Source: Azolla caroliniana (lineage: Eukaryota > Plantae > Polypodiophyta). Taken from it: a stretch of DNA of 64,000 nt. Below, piece by piece: positions 16,934-29,548 of the stretch (the stretch's first letter is position 1; each line of letters opens with the position of its first letter). Location: the NCBI GenBank assembly GCA_043228905.1, contig JBHGNT010000004.1:3658001-3722000 (forward strand). The letters are read 5' to 3'. Made by a program: the position numbers and the translations under genes. A model generated the notes under the pieces. The model ran no database searches. It was given only the letters and a program-made list of their open reading frames with translations, and was not told the DNA's origin.

Positions 16934-19659
16934 TTCTCTATTCCCCTTTCCTTTTGTCAAAGATCTTTTTCATTTGGTAACGTTTGTTTTACCCTTCCTC
17001 CCGAAAGTTCCTAGAATTCTCCTTTCCATACACTTACACATCTACACCACATTTACATATATATGGCCATTTTACGCCGAACACAATACACACACACACA
17101 CACACACACACAATTACACATACATACTTTTTAGAAACACAGACACTTTCACATGTTATGAGACTCACAAAATCTCATATTTTTATATACAAATGCATAA
17201 GCTCATAGTTTTACACATATGTCCATACATACATATGAGCATGACATAATGTGTCTTGCATACATTGTGAGGAAGAATTCTCAAGGGCATAATTACACGT
17301 TGACTTGCAATGTTCATCTACTACAACTATCTTTGAGAGCAACAATATCAAAACTCATATTTCCTCGTTCACTACAACCACGGTCCACCAAGAGCTTTCC
17401 CACCCTTCATATAGATTTTCACAACAATAGTGAGAAGCCTCATGAGTGGATATTCGGAATTGGGCTCAAATAATCAAACAAAAGAAATTGACTAGATCAT
17501 TGAAGTTAGCTCATGTTGTCCTCCTTTGCTCTATCATATGTTTCTTTTAACATTTAGATTTGAAGTGACCCTTCACATGACAATAATGAATTTATTTAAC
17601 AAACTCATACACTCCATACAAGTAATATAACATAAATCCAAATGACCCCACTAAATGAAGGCCTTCATGGCTTCCTCAAGCATTAGATTGGTTACATATA
17701 GATTTGCTCATGGCAATAAAGATATTTGTAATGGGGTACACTATGCTTCTGTAAGTGCTAAGTGAATATCACCCCACTCCTCATTTTGTGTTGCGTTCGT
17801 AGTCATCAACCACCATCATGCATTGTATAAAACAAAAGGTCACAAACGTGCATTTGAATTTAAAGCTACACATACTATATTTAATGATAAGAAAATTAAA
17901 AGTTTGCCTTGCATTTACAGTTACAACAAGGGATACCAAAGCCTGAATAATGTATACTTGTGTTTGTATAAAGGTTATGTGACATATCCGTGTCGCGATG
18001 TTAGTTATTGAGTGAATGGAAACTTGTTGACTTTTAATCAGGATGGCCTAACTTCACCTTTTCATGTTTAGTGGTGAGTTGAATTCAGGGCCTGCCCTGC
18101 TTCATGGTTAGCTTTGGGCAATGTAGTTGTATTGTATTGATGAGCCCACATGCAATTCAAGATGATTATATTAAATGATTAGAAAGCAAGGAATAGACAT
18201 TTAGTGTTTTGGTTTAGACATATTACACACACAAGAAAAAGACATTCGAAGATAATATATCAACAAAATTGCACAAATTAGATACCATAAGGGCCATGTT
18301 AAATATATGCAAGAGAATGCTATAATTGTATGTACAATGAAGCTAATAATAAGAGCATTCTCCAAAGCTCTTGTATTGAGCAATGACCTTTTCAATGTAT
18401 ATTTAAATTTGACAAAACAAATGCCAATTCACTACATCCATCTCGTGCTATAACGAGATGGATAGCATTTTGCCTATTTGATCTCTAATGTCATGTCATA
18501 TTCTCATTGGCTACTAAGCCTAACAAAAACTCACTCAAAGGCTCATTTAACCAAAGCAGGATGTATGAGACAAAATATGCCAATAGCTCTTCAGAAGTTA
18601 TATAATCAAGCCACCAAAACAAACAAGTACAACATAACCGGCATGTTTGCAAATTTTGATACACATGAAGCTTGTCCAACTTCGAATGAAAGTCTAGATG
18701 CTCAACATTGTGATGACTTTAAATTCTGAAGCAAATGTGAGGAAATTATCTTATGTTAGATAGACTTCGTATGATCCTTGCATTTTTTGTTAAAAATCTA
18801 CATACTTATATAAGTCTTCATTGTTTTACATATTTAAAATTGTCCATTTTATGAGAATTCTCTTTGGTGGGAATCACAATATTGTAGAATTTATCTAAAT
18901 CAAACTCTAGTACTGATCTACATTCATTGCATCTCTAGCTCAAGAGCATGCATACTCAGGTTGTTGCAAGTGAATTCGTAAATGCATCCAAGTAGGATAC
19001 AATAACATTTTCTTATATTAGGAAATGATGCTAACAAAACTTCATGGCTAGTATTTTGTGAGAAAGCATTGGAGAATTGCAAATCAAACTCTGGTGGTCT
19101 AAAATGGAAGATGAACATACATAAGATATAGGACCAGGATTTGTGGTAAAGGAATATGACTAGGTCTAAAATGGTAAAGGATTTGTGGAAAATGAATAAG
19201 ATATAGGACCAGGATTTGCATCATTGACTACCGTAGTGTAGATACATGGCCATTTTCTAATACTTCAATGAAATTAATAAACTCACAACATGCATAATCT
19301 TCGATACAACATATTGAAAATGGTACAAAGGTTAAAATCAAATAGTTGGAGGAAAAGACCACCAATTTGAATGAAAAACTAGATGTAGATAAACCATAAC
19401 CTACCCATCTGCATCGAGAGTCACTACTCACTTTCACATTTATCACATGAAATGTAATATGTTTGGTCTCATAGGTCACATTTGACCTCCGAAGATGATT
19501 ATAGAGTCTATCTATCTTTAACAACAGAGTGTTGCCAAATCCCATCTTGTTGCCAGCCTCTTTGCAAGGCGACTGAGAGCTGAGGTAGAATTTAGATAGG
19601 GTATTTTTGGAGCAAAGATTCTGATCGTGAACACGAATCACCCATAGTTGCAGTTAGGA

Positions 19660-20066
19660 CTAGCCTACAATACCAAAATAAGAGAGTGAAACAGCACCAA
19701 CAACCACAACTAGCGATGACGTGACTAGTAGAATAGCTGACATGCATGATGAAACCTCTCTATAGTAGAAAACTGCCCATGATGCACTTATCAAGAGTTG
19801 GCATTGAACCAGTGGCCAGCCTATCGAAAAACCCAAATAGACTGTTGCATATATACTGTCAAGTCCAAATTATTGTCTTGTTAACACTAATAATATAAAG
19901 CATGCATTGTAACAAACAAAAATTAATCACAAGAATGTCTCAAATTCTAGTAATACTATTCACAAATATAATCACAGATACATTGATTTCCATCCTTCAC
20001 AATCATATGAATATATGTATGTATACACACACACATATACATACATACAAACATACATACATACAA

Positions 20067-20097
<31 letters not shown>

Positions 20098-23000
20098 TAT
20101 AATATTGTAGGGTACACTTAAAACATTTCCATGCAATGTTTTTAATGTTAAGAAATAAAACTAGTCACAAAATTGATCATACCTTAAAAAATTTCCTACA
20201 TTCCACAAGACGCCAGAGAGGAGAGCTGGTCCAGCAACAACTTTAGCTTGAAAAGATGGAAATGGATGCCCAAAACACTTGTGTGAACACCAATAGATTC
20301 CTAGTACCAAAAGTGTCATTGCCATTGATCCCACCCCAAACGAAACAAGATACTCTACACCTTCAACATCCTTTTACAGGAAAATATATTTTAGAAAACA
20401 GAAAAAAAAAAAAGTGTATAGAAGAAAGCACATTAGACTACTGTCATCTATCAATGGAACAAATAGTACATTAGAAAGCATTCTTAACAACCAGAAAAGA
20501 TATGAACAACAAATTCAATATTCCTCTGCCATCATCAATTGATTCCAACCAACCTTGTGAGCATATTTCAATGGAATAAGGGAGCTCCCATTGAAAAGAC
20601 CAACAAGTGTTGCCAAACCTATCCCCTTCATAAATGTTGAAGCAAAGAGTCGTGCTTCACTTTTCCCATTATTTGACGATGTCATGTCTTTTTCCTCCAG
20701 CAAAGAAGAATGCAGATCCTTTGAAACCCCAATATTTAGACTATTTATATCTACAGTTCCCTTCCCAATGGCAGTTCCTAGTCCTACCATGCCAATCATC
20801 ATCACTAACACGGATAAAAGGGAAAATGTGTGATTCTGGATTGTCTCTTTGAAAATGTATGCCCCCCAGATGTAAGAAACAATAACTGAACACATTTACA
20901 AGGGAAGATTAATCAAGAATATTTTCCATTGTTTTGAGTATAATCCTTAGAAAAACATAGAAAAAAATATTTTTTATTCATTTTTATTATTATACTTGAG
21001 GAAATAATCAAAGAGACTTACTGCTTAGACTACTCCAAAGTGATTGAGCTAGACCAATGCCAACTAATTGAATTGCAAGGACAGCCGCAGAACCAGTCAT
21101 AACCCATATTAATGCACCAACCATACCCCACCAAGTAAACTTCAAGGGCTGCAATGACAAAGAAGAAAAACTTTATATACGTTTTTGCTATTTCCATAGA
21201 TTTGAACATGTTATCTAATAGATTTAATCAAATCGAGATAGAGACTGCATACTGTATAGATCAAAACAAGCCAAGATGTAAGGAAGCAGGCGAGAGACTT
21301 ATAAGATTGATAGATTAATGGGTTCACATTCGAATTGACGATCCGTGAAGACTTCATTGGTACCGCTGTACAAAGCCACAGAAGTGATGAAATGCTACAA
21401 AAACTATGTCACATCTTCATTGATTCTTCCCCTTTGTTAGAATCTTTCATGTATTTAGCTATAGATTAAAGTTGATGGATTCTAATACTGTTAACACATG
21501 CAATAATTGAGAGAACTTTATATTAGTCTTCAGGCATTTCACTGTAACTTTCCAATTTCTAGATTTTGCGCAAAAGTTTGTATGATAAATACTATAGAAT
21601 ACAGAAAGTGATCTCTCTATTTCAATATGCTTCCTTGAGGTAACATGAAACATCCATGAAAAGTCTTTTTTCTCAACAATTCAAAATACCTAATTACCGG
21701 TTTAGATAAGAGGAAAGAATGTGCAAGGCTGAATTTTTAAATTTGCACAAAAAATGTCATTTTCATGAAGATACAAAAAATGTTTTATGTGGAGAGAAGT
21801 TTAAAGATCTAATCGGTTTAGATAAGAGAAAGAATTTGCAATGCCAACTTTTTCATATTTTCAGCCAGTAGAAAAAGCATACACTATTTGGAAACAGGTT
21901 GGTATTTATATATATGATACGAAAATATCTAGATTTTTCATGTATATGAATTTCAACAAAAGATCTTGTTTCATATATAGAAACTTCAATGAAGAATCAG
22001 GTTTTCATGTGTATAAATAAAGTTTGAGCAAAAAAAATCCAGCTTTACGCAGAGAAGAAAAAAACAAGTTTAGACAAGATCAAAGAATTTGCATGCAGTG
22101 CAAGTTTTTCTTTTCATATTTTCAGTCCGTGAAAATTAAACAACGCAAGTACATGTGCCAAACCCTCAGTATTTCCAAGGATCAATGTGTAAAACAGTCA
22201 TAAACAACATACATTCGTGTGTGCGTGTGTGTATAAAGATTCAGAGGAGTTGGATCCGTATATGTAAACAGAAGACATAAACACGAGCAAAATACGTTGC
22301 CATGGAGGAACCTAGCAGAAAACCTTGGGGGTGGGTATTTATATATATGATACGAAATTATCTAGATTTTTCATGTATATGAATTTCAACAAAAGATCTT
22401 GTTTCATATATAGAAACTTCAATGAAGAATCAGGTTTTCATGTGTATAAATAAAGTTTGAGCAAAAAAAATCCAGCTTTACGCAGAGAAGAAAAAAACAA
22501 GTTTAGACAAGATCAAAGAATTTGCATGCAGTGCAAGTTTTTCTTTTCATATTTTCAGTCCGTGAAAATTAAACAACGCAAGTACATGTGCCAAACCCTC
22601 AGTATTTCCAAGGATCAATGTGTAAAACAGTCATAAACAACATACATTCGTGTGTGCGTGTGTGTATAAAGATTCAGAGGAGTTGGATCCGTATATGTAA
22701 ACAGAAGACATAAACACGAGCAAAATACGTTGCCATGGAGGAACCTAGCAGAAAACCTTGGGGGTGGGTATTTATATATATGATACGAAATTATCTAGAT
22801 TTTTCATGTATATGAATTTCAACAAAAGATCTTGTTTCATATATAGAAACTTCAATGAAGAATCAGGTTTTCATGTGTATAAATAAAGTTTGAGCAAAAA
22901 AAATCCAGCTTTACGCAGAGAAGAAAAAAACAAGTTTAGACAAGATCAAAGAATTTGCATGCAGTGCAAGTTTTTCTTTTCATATTTTCAGTCCGTGAAA

Positions 23001-24641
23001 ATTAAACAACGCAAGTACATGTGCCAAACCCTCAGTATTTCCAAGGATCAATGTGTAAAACAGTCATAAACAACATACATTCGTGTGTGCGTGTGTGTAT
23101 AAAGATTCAGAGGAGTTGGATCCGTATATGTAAACAGAAGACATAAACACGAGCAAAATACGTTGCCATGGAGGAACCTAGCAGAAAACCTTGGGGGTGG
23201 GTATTTATATATATGATACGAAATTATCTAGATTTTTCATGTATATGAATTTCAACAAAAGATCTTGTTTCATATATAGAAACTTCAATGAAGAATCAGG
23301 TTTTCATGTGTATAAATAAAGTTTGAGCAAAAAAAATCCAGCTTTACGCAGAGAAGAAAAAAACAAGTTTAGACAAGATCAAAGAATTTGCATGCAGTGC
23401 AAGTTTTTCTTTTCATATTTTCAGTCCGTGAAAATTAAACAACGCAAGTACATGTGCCAAACCCTCAGTATTTCCAAGGATCAATGTGTAAAACAGTCAT
23501 AAACAACATACATTCGTGTGTGCGTGTGTGTATAAAGATTCAGAGGAGTTGGATCCGTATATGTAAACAGAAGACATAAACACGAGCAAAATACGTTGCC
23601 ATGGAGGAACCTAGCAGAAAACCTTGGGGGTGGGTATTTATATATATGATACGAAATTATCTAGATTTTTCATGTATATGAATTTCAACAAAAGATCTTG
23701 TTTCATATATAGAAACTTCAATGAAGAATCAGGTTTTCATGTGTATAAATAAAGTTTGAGCAAAAAAAATCCAGCTTTACGCAGAGAAGAAAAAAACAAG
23801 TTTAGACAAGATCAAAGAATTTGCATGCAGTGCAAGTTTTTCTTTTCATATTTTCAGTCCGTGAAAATTAAACAACGCAAGTACATGTGCCAAACCCTCA
23901 GTATTTCCAAGGATCAATGTGTAAAACAGTCATAAACAACATACATTCGTGTGTGCGTGTGTGTATAAAGATTCAGAGGAGTTGGATCCGTATATGTAAA
24001 CAGAAGACATAAACACGAGCAAAATACGTTGCCATGGAGGAACCTAGCAGAAAACCTTGGGGGTGGGTATTTATATATATGATACGAAATTATCTAGATT
24101 TTTCATGTATATGAATTTCAACAAAAGATCTTGTTTCATATATAGAAACTTCAATGAAGAATCAGGTTTTCATGTGTATAAATAAAGTTTGAGCAAAAAA
24201 AATCCAGCTTTACGCAGAGAAGAAAAAAACAAGTTTAGACAAGATCAAAGAATTTGCATGCAATGCAAGTTTTTCTTTTCATATTTTCAGTCCGTGAAAA
24301 TTAAACAACGCAAGTACATGTGCCAAACCCTCGGTATTTCCAAGGATCAATGTGTAAAACAGTCATAAACAACATACATTCGTGTGTGCGTGCGTGTATA
24401 AAGATTCAGAAGAGTTGGATCCGTATATGTAAACAGAAGACATAAACACGAGCAAAATACGTTGCGATGGAGGAACCTAGCAGAAAACCTTGGGGGTGGG
24501 GGGGGGGGATCATGAAAGAAGAAAAGACAAAACAAAGAGAGGATAAGAAACAGAGAGCAGAATTCATGGAAGCTCACCAAAAGAGCCGAAGAAGAGCATG
24601 GATCCAGATGCTGCAAGGACTCCCAGGGCGAGGTCTGCCAT
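19660..24641 (-). CDS. TMEM144-like multi-pass membrane protein (drug/metabolite transporter superfamily). Exons 24641-24578, 21365-21253, 21148-21022, 20885-20554, 20370-20183, 19855-19660
   Basis: Hand-spliced ORF with GT-AG introns in phase: MADLALGVLAASGSMLFFGSFAVPMKS...PLIYQSYKSLACFLTSW...FTWWGMVGALIWV...GIGLAQSLWS...GLFNGSSLIPLKY...YLVSFGVGS...GPALLSGVLWNVGNFLSIYATVYLGFSIGWPLVQ...WAVFYYREV...GAVSLSYFGIVG*. About 10 hydrophobic segments. Motifs match my recollection of TMEM144. Confidence 0.82.
21901..24498. repeat. Tandem array of 6 x 433-bp near-identical units inside intron 1 of the TMEM144-like gene
   Basis: Unit start 'ggtatttatatatatgatacg' at 21901, 22334, 22767, 23200, 23633 and 24066 (exact 433-bp period). 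Confidence 0.97.
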
Positions 24642-25394
24642 GGCGATGGTGCAGTGGAGTTGAGTGACAGGAGTGGCAGTAGATGAAGAAGAAGAAGAAA
24701 GAAGAAGAAGAAGAAGATGAAGATGAAGATGAAGAAGATGATAAACTGAGTGTTTGTTTTGTGTGTCTTTTTGGACTTCTATAAAACTCCAATGGAACTC
24801 ACTGAAGCAATCTTGCGGTCCGTCCGTCCGTCCGTCCGTCCATCCGTCGGGGGGGTCAAGTATACTCATTATCGCTTATGACATAAGACTAGGGGCAAAA
24901 ATAATAGGAAAATTATTTCAGAATAGGTATGTATTATTGGGGGCTCTTTTTCAATATTTATGAGTCATGACATTTGGAGTTTTCCTTCGGATAATAAGTA
25001 CGTACTACACTTAAATTTTGCACTAGTATATTTAGTATGATATGAAACAACAAAGTGAACATGTCAGTAAAGTATCCTTACAGCATAATATATATTGTTC
25101 TATTGTTCTAAGCATGAGGTATTAGAAGTAGTTGAATGGTAAATACATGTACATAAACAACCATGGGTATAATAACAAAGTCTTATGCCATTTTGTTGAA
25201 GTAGACAATGTCATGTACCTAGTACTTACACTTTGTATTGACCAATACGAAGATTGACAAGTCCTCAAGCTAGTTAAGCGCAAATATCAACAAAATATGT
25301 CTTTTTTTCCAAAAAAAGATACTACATTAGTATTGTTAGGTAGTGGAGCAAGAATAGGGTTGGTTAGTTATGTGAAGCACCAAGAAGTTAAAGT

Positions 25395-27631
25395 TGTAAC
25401 TAACACGATTATAAATAGAAACAAAGGATGTCCAATGAGGGCACTTTTTGGAGCCTATCCTGTGTATGTTACATTGGTGGAGATAACGGGCTCTTGCCAC
25501 GCCGTCTGAGGGTGTAGAGTACTCCAACCGACTTCTTGACGGAGCACAACAAGCCGACAACTGACTCTTCTCATTAGCAGTTGATGATCACCGCCGGGTC
25601 ACCATCTACGACACAAAAATCTCATACACCATGCAACAACCGGAAGGGGATAACACTGTCAGCATGCAACCCAAATTCATAGAACACGCACAGATTAACC
25701 CTGCCATGGAGCAGATGTTTCAGGCGATGTCAACAATGATGATGCAAGTAAATCATACGAACCAAACACTTATGACATGGCTTACAAATCAGTCTGTTGG
25801 TGCAATGACCAACAAACAGAAAGATTCAAGAATCCGTCTGAGAACCTTCTCAGGCCTTCCAACAGAAGATGTTCTAGAATGGTTGGATCATTTCGACAAC
25901 GTGACGAGTTACCATGAATGGCACGACGAAAGAAAGGCGTTAGAATTGTGAACGGTGCTAGAGCATGTTGCCGCCACCTGGATCATTCAACAACCCAAGG
26001 AAATCAAACAAAATTGGACCTACTTACGCGAGCAACTCATACAACACTTTGCAAACAACGACGTCACACAAACAACCCTCCAACAATTAAACAATCTACG
26101 TCAACATGCACATGAACCAATGGCACAATTCGCCGTCAAAATGAAACAATTGTTACTGCGTGTCTACCCCAATATGAAGGAGACCATGAAGCTCTATTTT
26201 CTACTACCACAATTACGCCACGACATATACCGTCGTTTGTCAAAGACCAAGGCCCAACTACATTCCAAATGGCTACAAATCGCACAACGAATTGAGGCAC
26301 CGGATTACATTGACCTATCACAATCAACACCACCTGCAAATAACAGTATTCAAAAGACAACCATTGAGCCAACCGTTGGCCTGATGGATATAGACGTCCA
26401 AAATGTACAATTTAGCACTAAATAGAGCTTACAAGATAGAGACAATCATGGTAAGCCCCGTTGTTTCTATTGTAATGGGTATGGCCATTTAAAAAAATAT
26501 TGTAGGAAGTTTACAACCTCTAGACATCATCAAAATGCACAAATCCAATAGGTCAACACAACATCACTCGCCATGGAACAGGGAAACAACCAAACAAGAC
26601 GTTGACGGAAGAGCAACCCCCGCACATTCAAGCCGCAACCTCTTTCGGACGCATGGTATGTTCCACAATAGCACAAATAGATCACACATCACATGAAGCC
26701 CTTTTAGATTCAGGAAGCACCATATCTTCAATTAGTGTAGATTTAGTTAAGTCACTGAATTTACCTACTTCACCCGCAACGCCGATTCAGGTCATCTTTG
26801 GCGATAAGCAAAAAATATACCAATCCGCTAGACATGCACATTGTACATTCACACTTGCACAACACACCTTTCTTCATTCTTTCTACGTATTACTGCACCA
26901 ACTTTTTTTTTTAGTAACACTTTTATTACTAGTGGGAAACCTCAAAGTGAGGTGAAAACCCACAAAGAATAAAGATAAATGTACATGTGTCGATTAGACA
27001 CTAAAGAGCTTAAAAGCACTCAAAGCAAAGGTTGTAAATTTGGAGTGTGATGTCTCTAAGTTGCAAACAATCAAATAGAGATTGCCTGAGGGATTGCTTA
27101 AAGAAGCTAACTTCATGCAATTGGTTTTGATCAAAGACCTTATTATTGTGGGTTGTCCAAATGGTCCAAAGTGCCGCACCAACTATTTTCAATGACATTA
27201 GGTTGTGATTGGTTTATAAAGAATGGTGCACAATTGCACTTTGATACACAAACATTAGTTTTACCTAATAAAAAGCCATTGACCACAATTCCATTACTTA
27301 ACACTCCACAATTTAGCACACACATCTTGCACACACGAATTCACCTAGAACCACCACAAGTACGGCTAGCCGCAATACATTAGTATCCTTCGGCAGTTCC
27401 CCGACCTATTTCACAAGCCGACAAAGACAACCAAGATCAATCTTCCGGTGCAACATTCTATTCCCACAACCGATTCAAAACCAGTGCGAACTGCACCCCG
27501 ACGACGATCATCGTTAGATAATCATCAAATCAATCAAGTAGTACAAGACATGCTAGAGAAAGACATCATCGAGTCATCAAGTAGCGATTGGATTTCAGAG
27601 CCACATCTCGTCCGTAAGGACGATGGTACGT
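25395..27631 (+). mobile_element. Decayed Ty3/gypsy LTR retrotransposon, 5' part (short LTR, PBS, gag, zinc knuckle, protease, start of RT)
   Basis: TGTAAC...GTTACA termini at 25395-25473, followed by PBS-like TGGTGGAGAT (25475). gag RTFSGLPTEDVLEWLDHFD, CCHC CFYCNGYGHLKKYC (~26462), protease ALLDSGST, RT start IIESSSSDWISEPHLVRKDDGT. In-frame stops and frameshifts. Confidence 0.88.
26904..27175 (-). mobile_element. About 270-bp non-LTR (poly-A tailed) retroposed insertion inside the gypsy protease
   Basis: Poly-T at the left end, flanked by direct repeat GCACCAACT (26895-26903 and 27176-27184). Removal restores the protease frame YVLLHQL-FSMTLGCDWF. Confidence 0.75.
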
Positions 27632-28969
27632 TGTCGTGAAGTTTCGTGCGTGTGTATTACTTGGGAGAGACCACGAAGGTCTTGGACTAGGGAGTACGAA
27701 GGGATAGAGAAGACCCGAGGTTTGCTTTACAATAATACTACTTCCTGACCCCTTCCCGAGCAAGGGCTCGTTGCCCCTTTTGTGGGGCTGGTGGCTTTCA
27801 TTGATCACGACTCGTCGAGTTTTCGAGATCACCACACGAGCCAAGTGATCAAATGGGTACAAACAAAGATGAGCACGCAAGATGAATGCAAAAGGGGACG
27901 ATAACACAAACACGAATGCTCGTACGCCTTTATGAGGAGGAGAGGTGCATGGGCATGCCCGAATGCTCCCTCGTCACAAGACGCTGAATGTGCAAGGAAA
28001 GGGACGAGAATACAAACATGAATACTCGTACGTCTTTATGAGGAGGAGAGGTGCATGGGCACACCCGAAAGCTCCCTTGTCACAAAACGTTGAACGTACA
28101 AGGAGGACACAAAACACACGCACAAATGCTTGTATGCCTTTATGAGGAGGAGAGGTGCATGGGCAAACCCGAACACTCCCTCGTCACAAGATGACTAGAC
28201 GTACAAGGAAGACACAAACACACGCACAAATGCTCATATGTCTTTATGAGGAGGAGAGGTGCATGGGCACGCTCGAAACGCTCCCTCGTCACAAGACGAC
28301 CGAACGTACAAGGAAGACACAAACACACGCCTTTATGAGGAGGAGAGGTGCATGGGCATGCTCGAAATGCTCCCTCGTCACAAGACGACTGAATGTACAA
28401 GGAAGACACAAATACATGCACAAAATGCTCGTACGCCTTTATGAGGAGGAGAGGTGCATGGGCACGCTTGAAACGCTCCCTTGTCACAAGACGACCGAAC
28501 GTACAAGGAAGACACAAACACACACACACAAGTGCTCGTATGCCTTTATGAGGAGGAGAGGTGCATGGGCACGCCCGAAATGCTCCCTCGTCACAAGATG
28601 ACCAAACGTACAAGGAAGACACAAACACACGCACAAATGTTCGTACGCCTTTATGAGGAGGAGAGGTGCATGGGCAAGCCCGAAACGCTCCCTCGTCACA
28701 AGACGACCAAACGTACAAGGGGACGATAACAAAGAAAGAGAGAAAGAAATACATGAATGATATTGGCTAAAGAAATAAATATGTGTTCGATTCCAACGCA
28801 AGAGGGCCCTTTATAAAATAGGGTTTGATTACAATGTGGCAATTTCTAGTTAACCACAAGCTCAACAAAACATAAATACTAAATGCCCTTAGAGACAAAA
28901 GAAAATCCGAACACGGAGCACGAACACAAAGAAGACTAACAAACAAGCACCACAAAAATGCCGACCCCA
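27632..28969 (-). mobile_element. Partial LTR inserted into the RT of the preceding element
   Basis: Abrupt break of RT at TGTCGTGAAG, which reads ...CACGACA on the minus strand, the same terminus as the LTR family at 51576. Contains an internal tandem array and is itself interrupted at 28970. Confidence 0.65.
27900..28730. repeat. About 105-bp tandem repeat, 8 copies, inside an LTR
   Basis: 'tatgaggaggagaggtgcatgggc' at 27931, 28037, 28141, 28245, 28334, 28440, 28547 and 28652. Confidence 0.95.
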
Positions 28970-29537
28970 TGTTAAGGATCTATGTATCGATGGAGTAAGC
29001 TCCTCAATATCGTGGCGGGATTCGGACCAGCGTATACCCTCTTGATGGCGAATCAGGCAGAGATGGTTGTCGGATACCTCCGAGCCTCACACTCACTCAA
29101 CGATTAGTAAATGATTAAGCACGATATCTCTCTCACTCTCTCAAGCTCTCTCTCATAGACAATAGATTAATAGATATAGACAGTAAGAAGCAAGAGTATG
29201 TCTATTATTAACCCTCTTTACTAAGAGGTCTAGCACCAACAAGGAGAGAGATTAGTGTTCTCTAACTCAACACTTCACTAATCTCTCTTAAGCTCAAAGA
29301 TTACAAGAAGGAGGAAAGGAAGCTCTAGCTCTAATCAATTGGAGATCTTTACAAATGGGAGAACCCCCACAAAGCCACTACTATGTGGTTTATATAGCTT
29401 TCACGTTTAGGGTATGGGCCTTTCACATTTGACCGTCTCTTTGCTTTCCTTTCCTCTTGTCGTTTCCTTTTCGTACTACGTCCTTGTTGATGCGTTCTTA
29501 TTCGTGACTGGTTGTGATGTTATCCCAACGCTTAACA
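28970..29537 (-). mobile_element. 568-bp LTR, probably the 3' LTR of a minus-strand element
   Basis: 7-bp inverted termini TGTTAAG...CTTAACA and TATATAAA on the minus strand at ~29390. The flanks do not match each other, so it is not a solo LTR. Confidence 0.75.
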
Positions 29538-29548
29538 TCACCGCCAAC

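Noticed and set aside
12000-19600. Numerous 60-140 aa ORFs in AT-rich DNA (likewise 1-2350, 37500-41300, 45400-48600)
   Set aside because: No recognisable domains or consistent exon structure. Probably decayed repeats that I cannot classify by eye.
28140-28801. Repetitive 204-aa and 148-aa ORFs
   Set aside because: By-products of the ~105-bp tandem unit. They are open on both strands and shift frame between units.
28970-29537. Solo LTR interpretation
   Set aside because: Flanks CCCCA and TCACC do not match as a TSD, and it abuts probable internal sequence.
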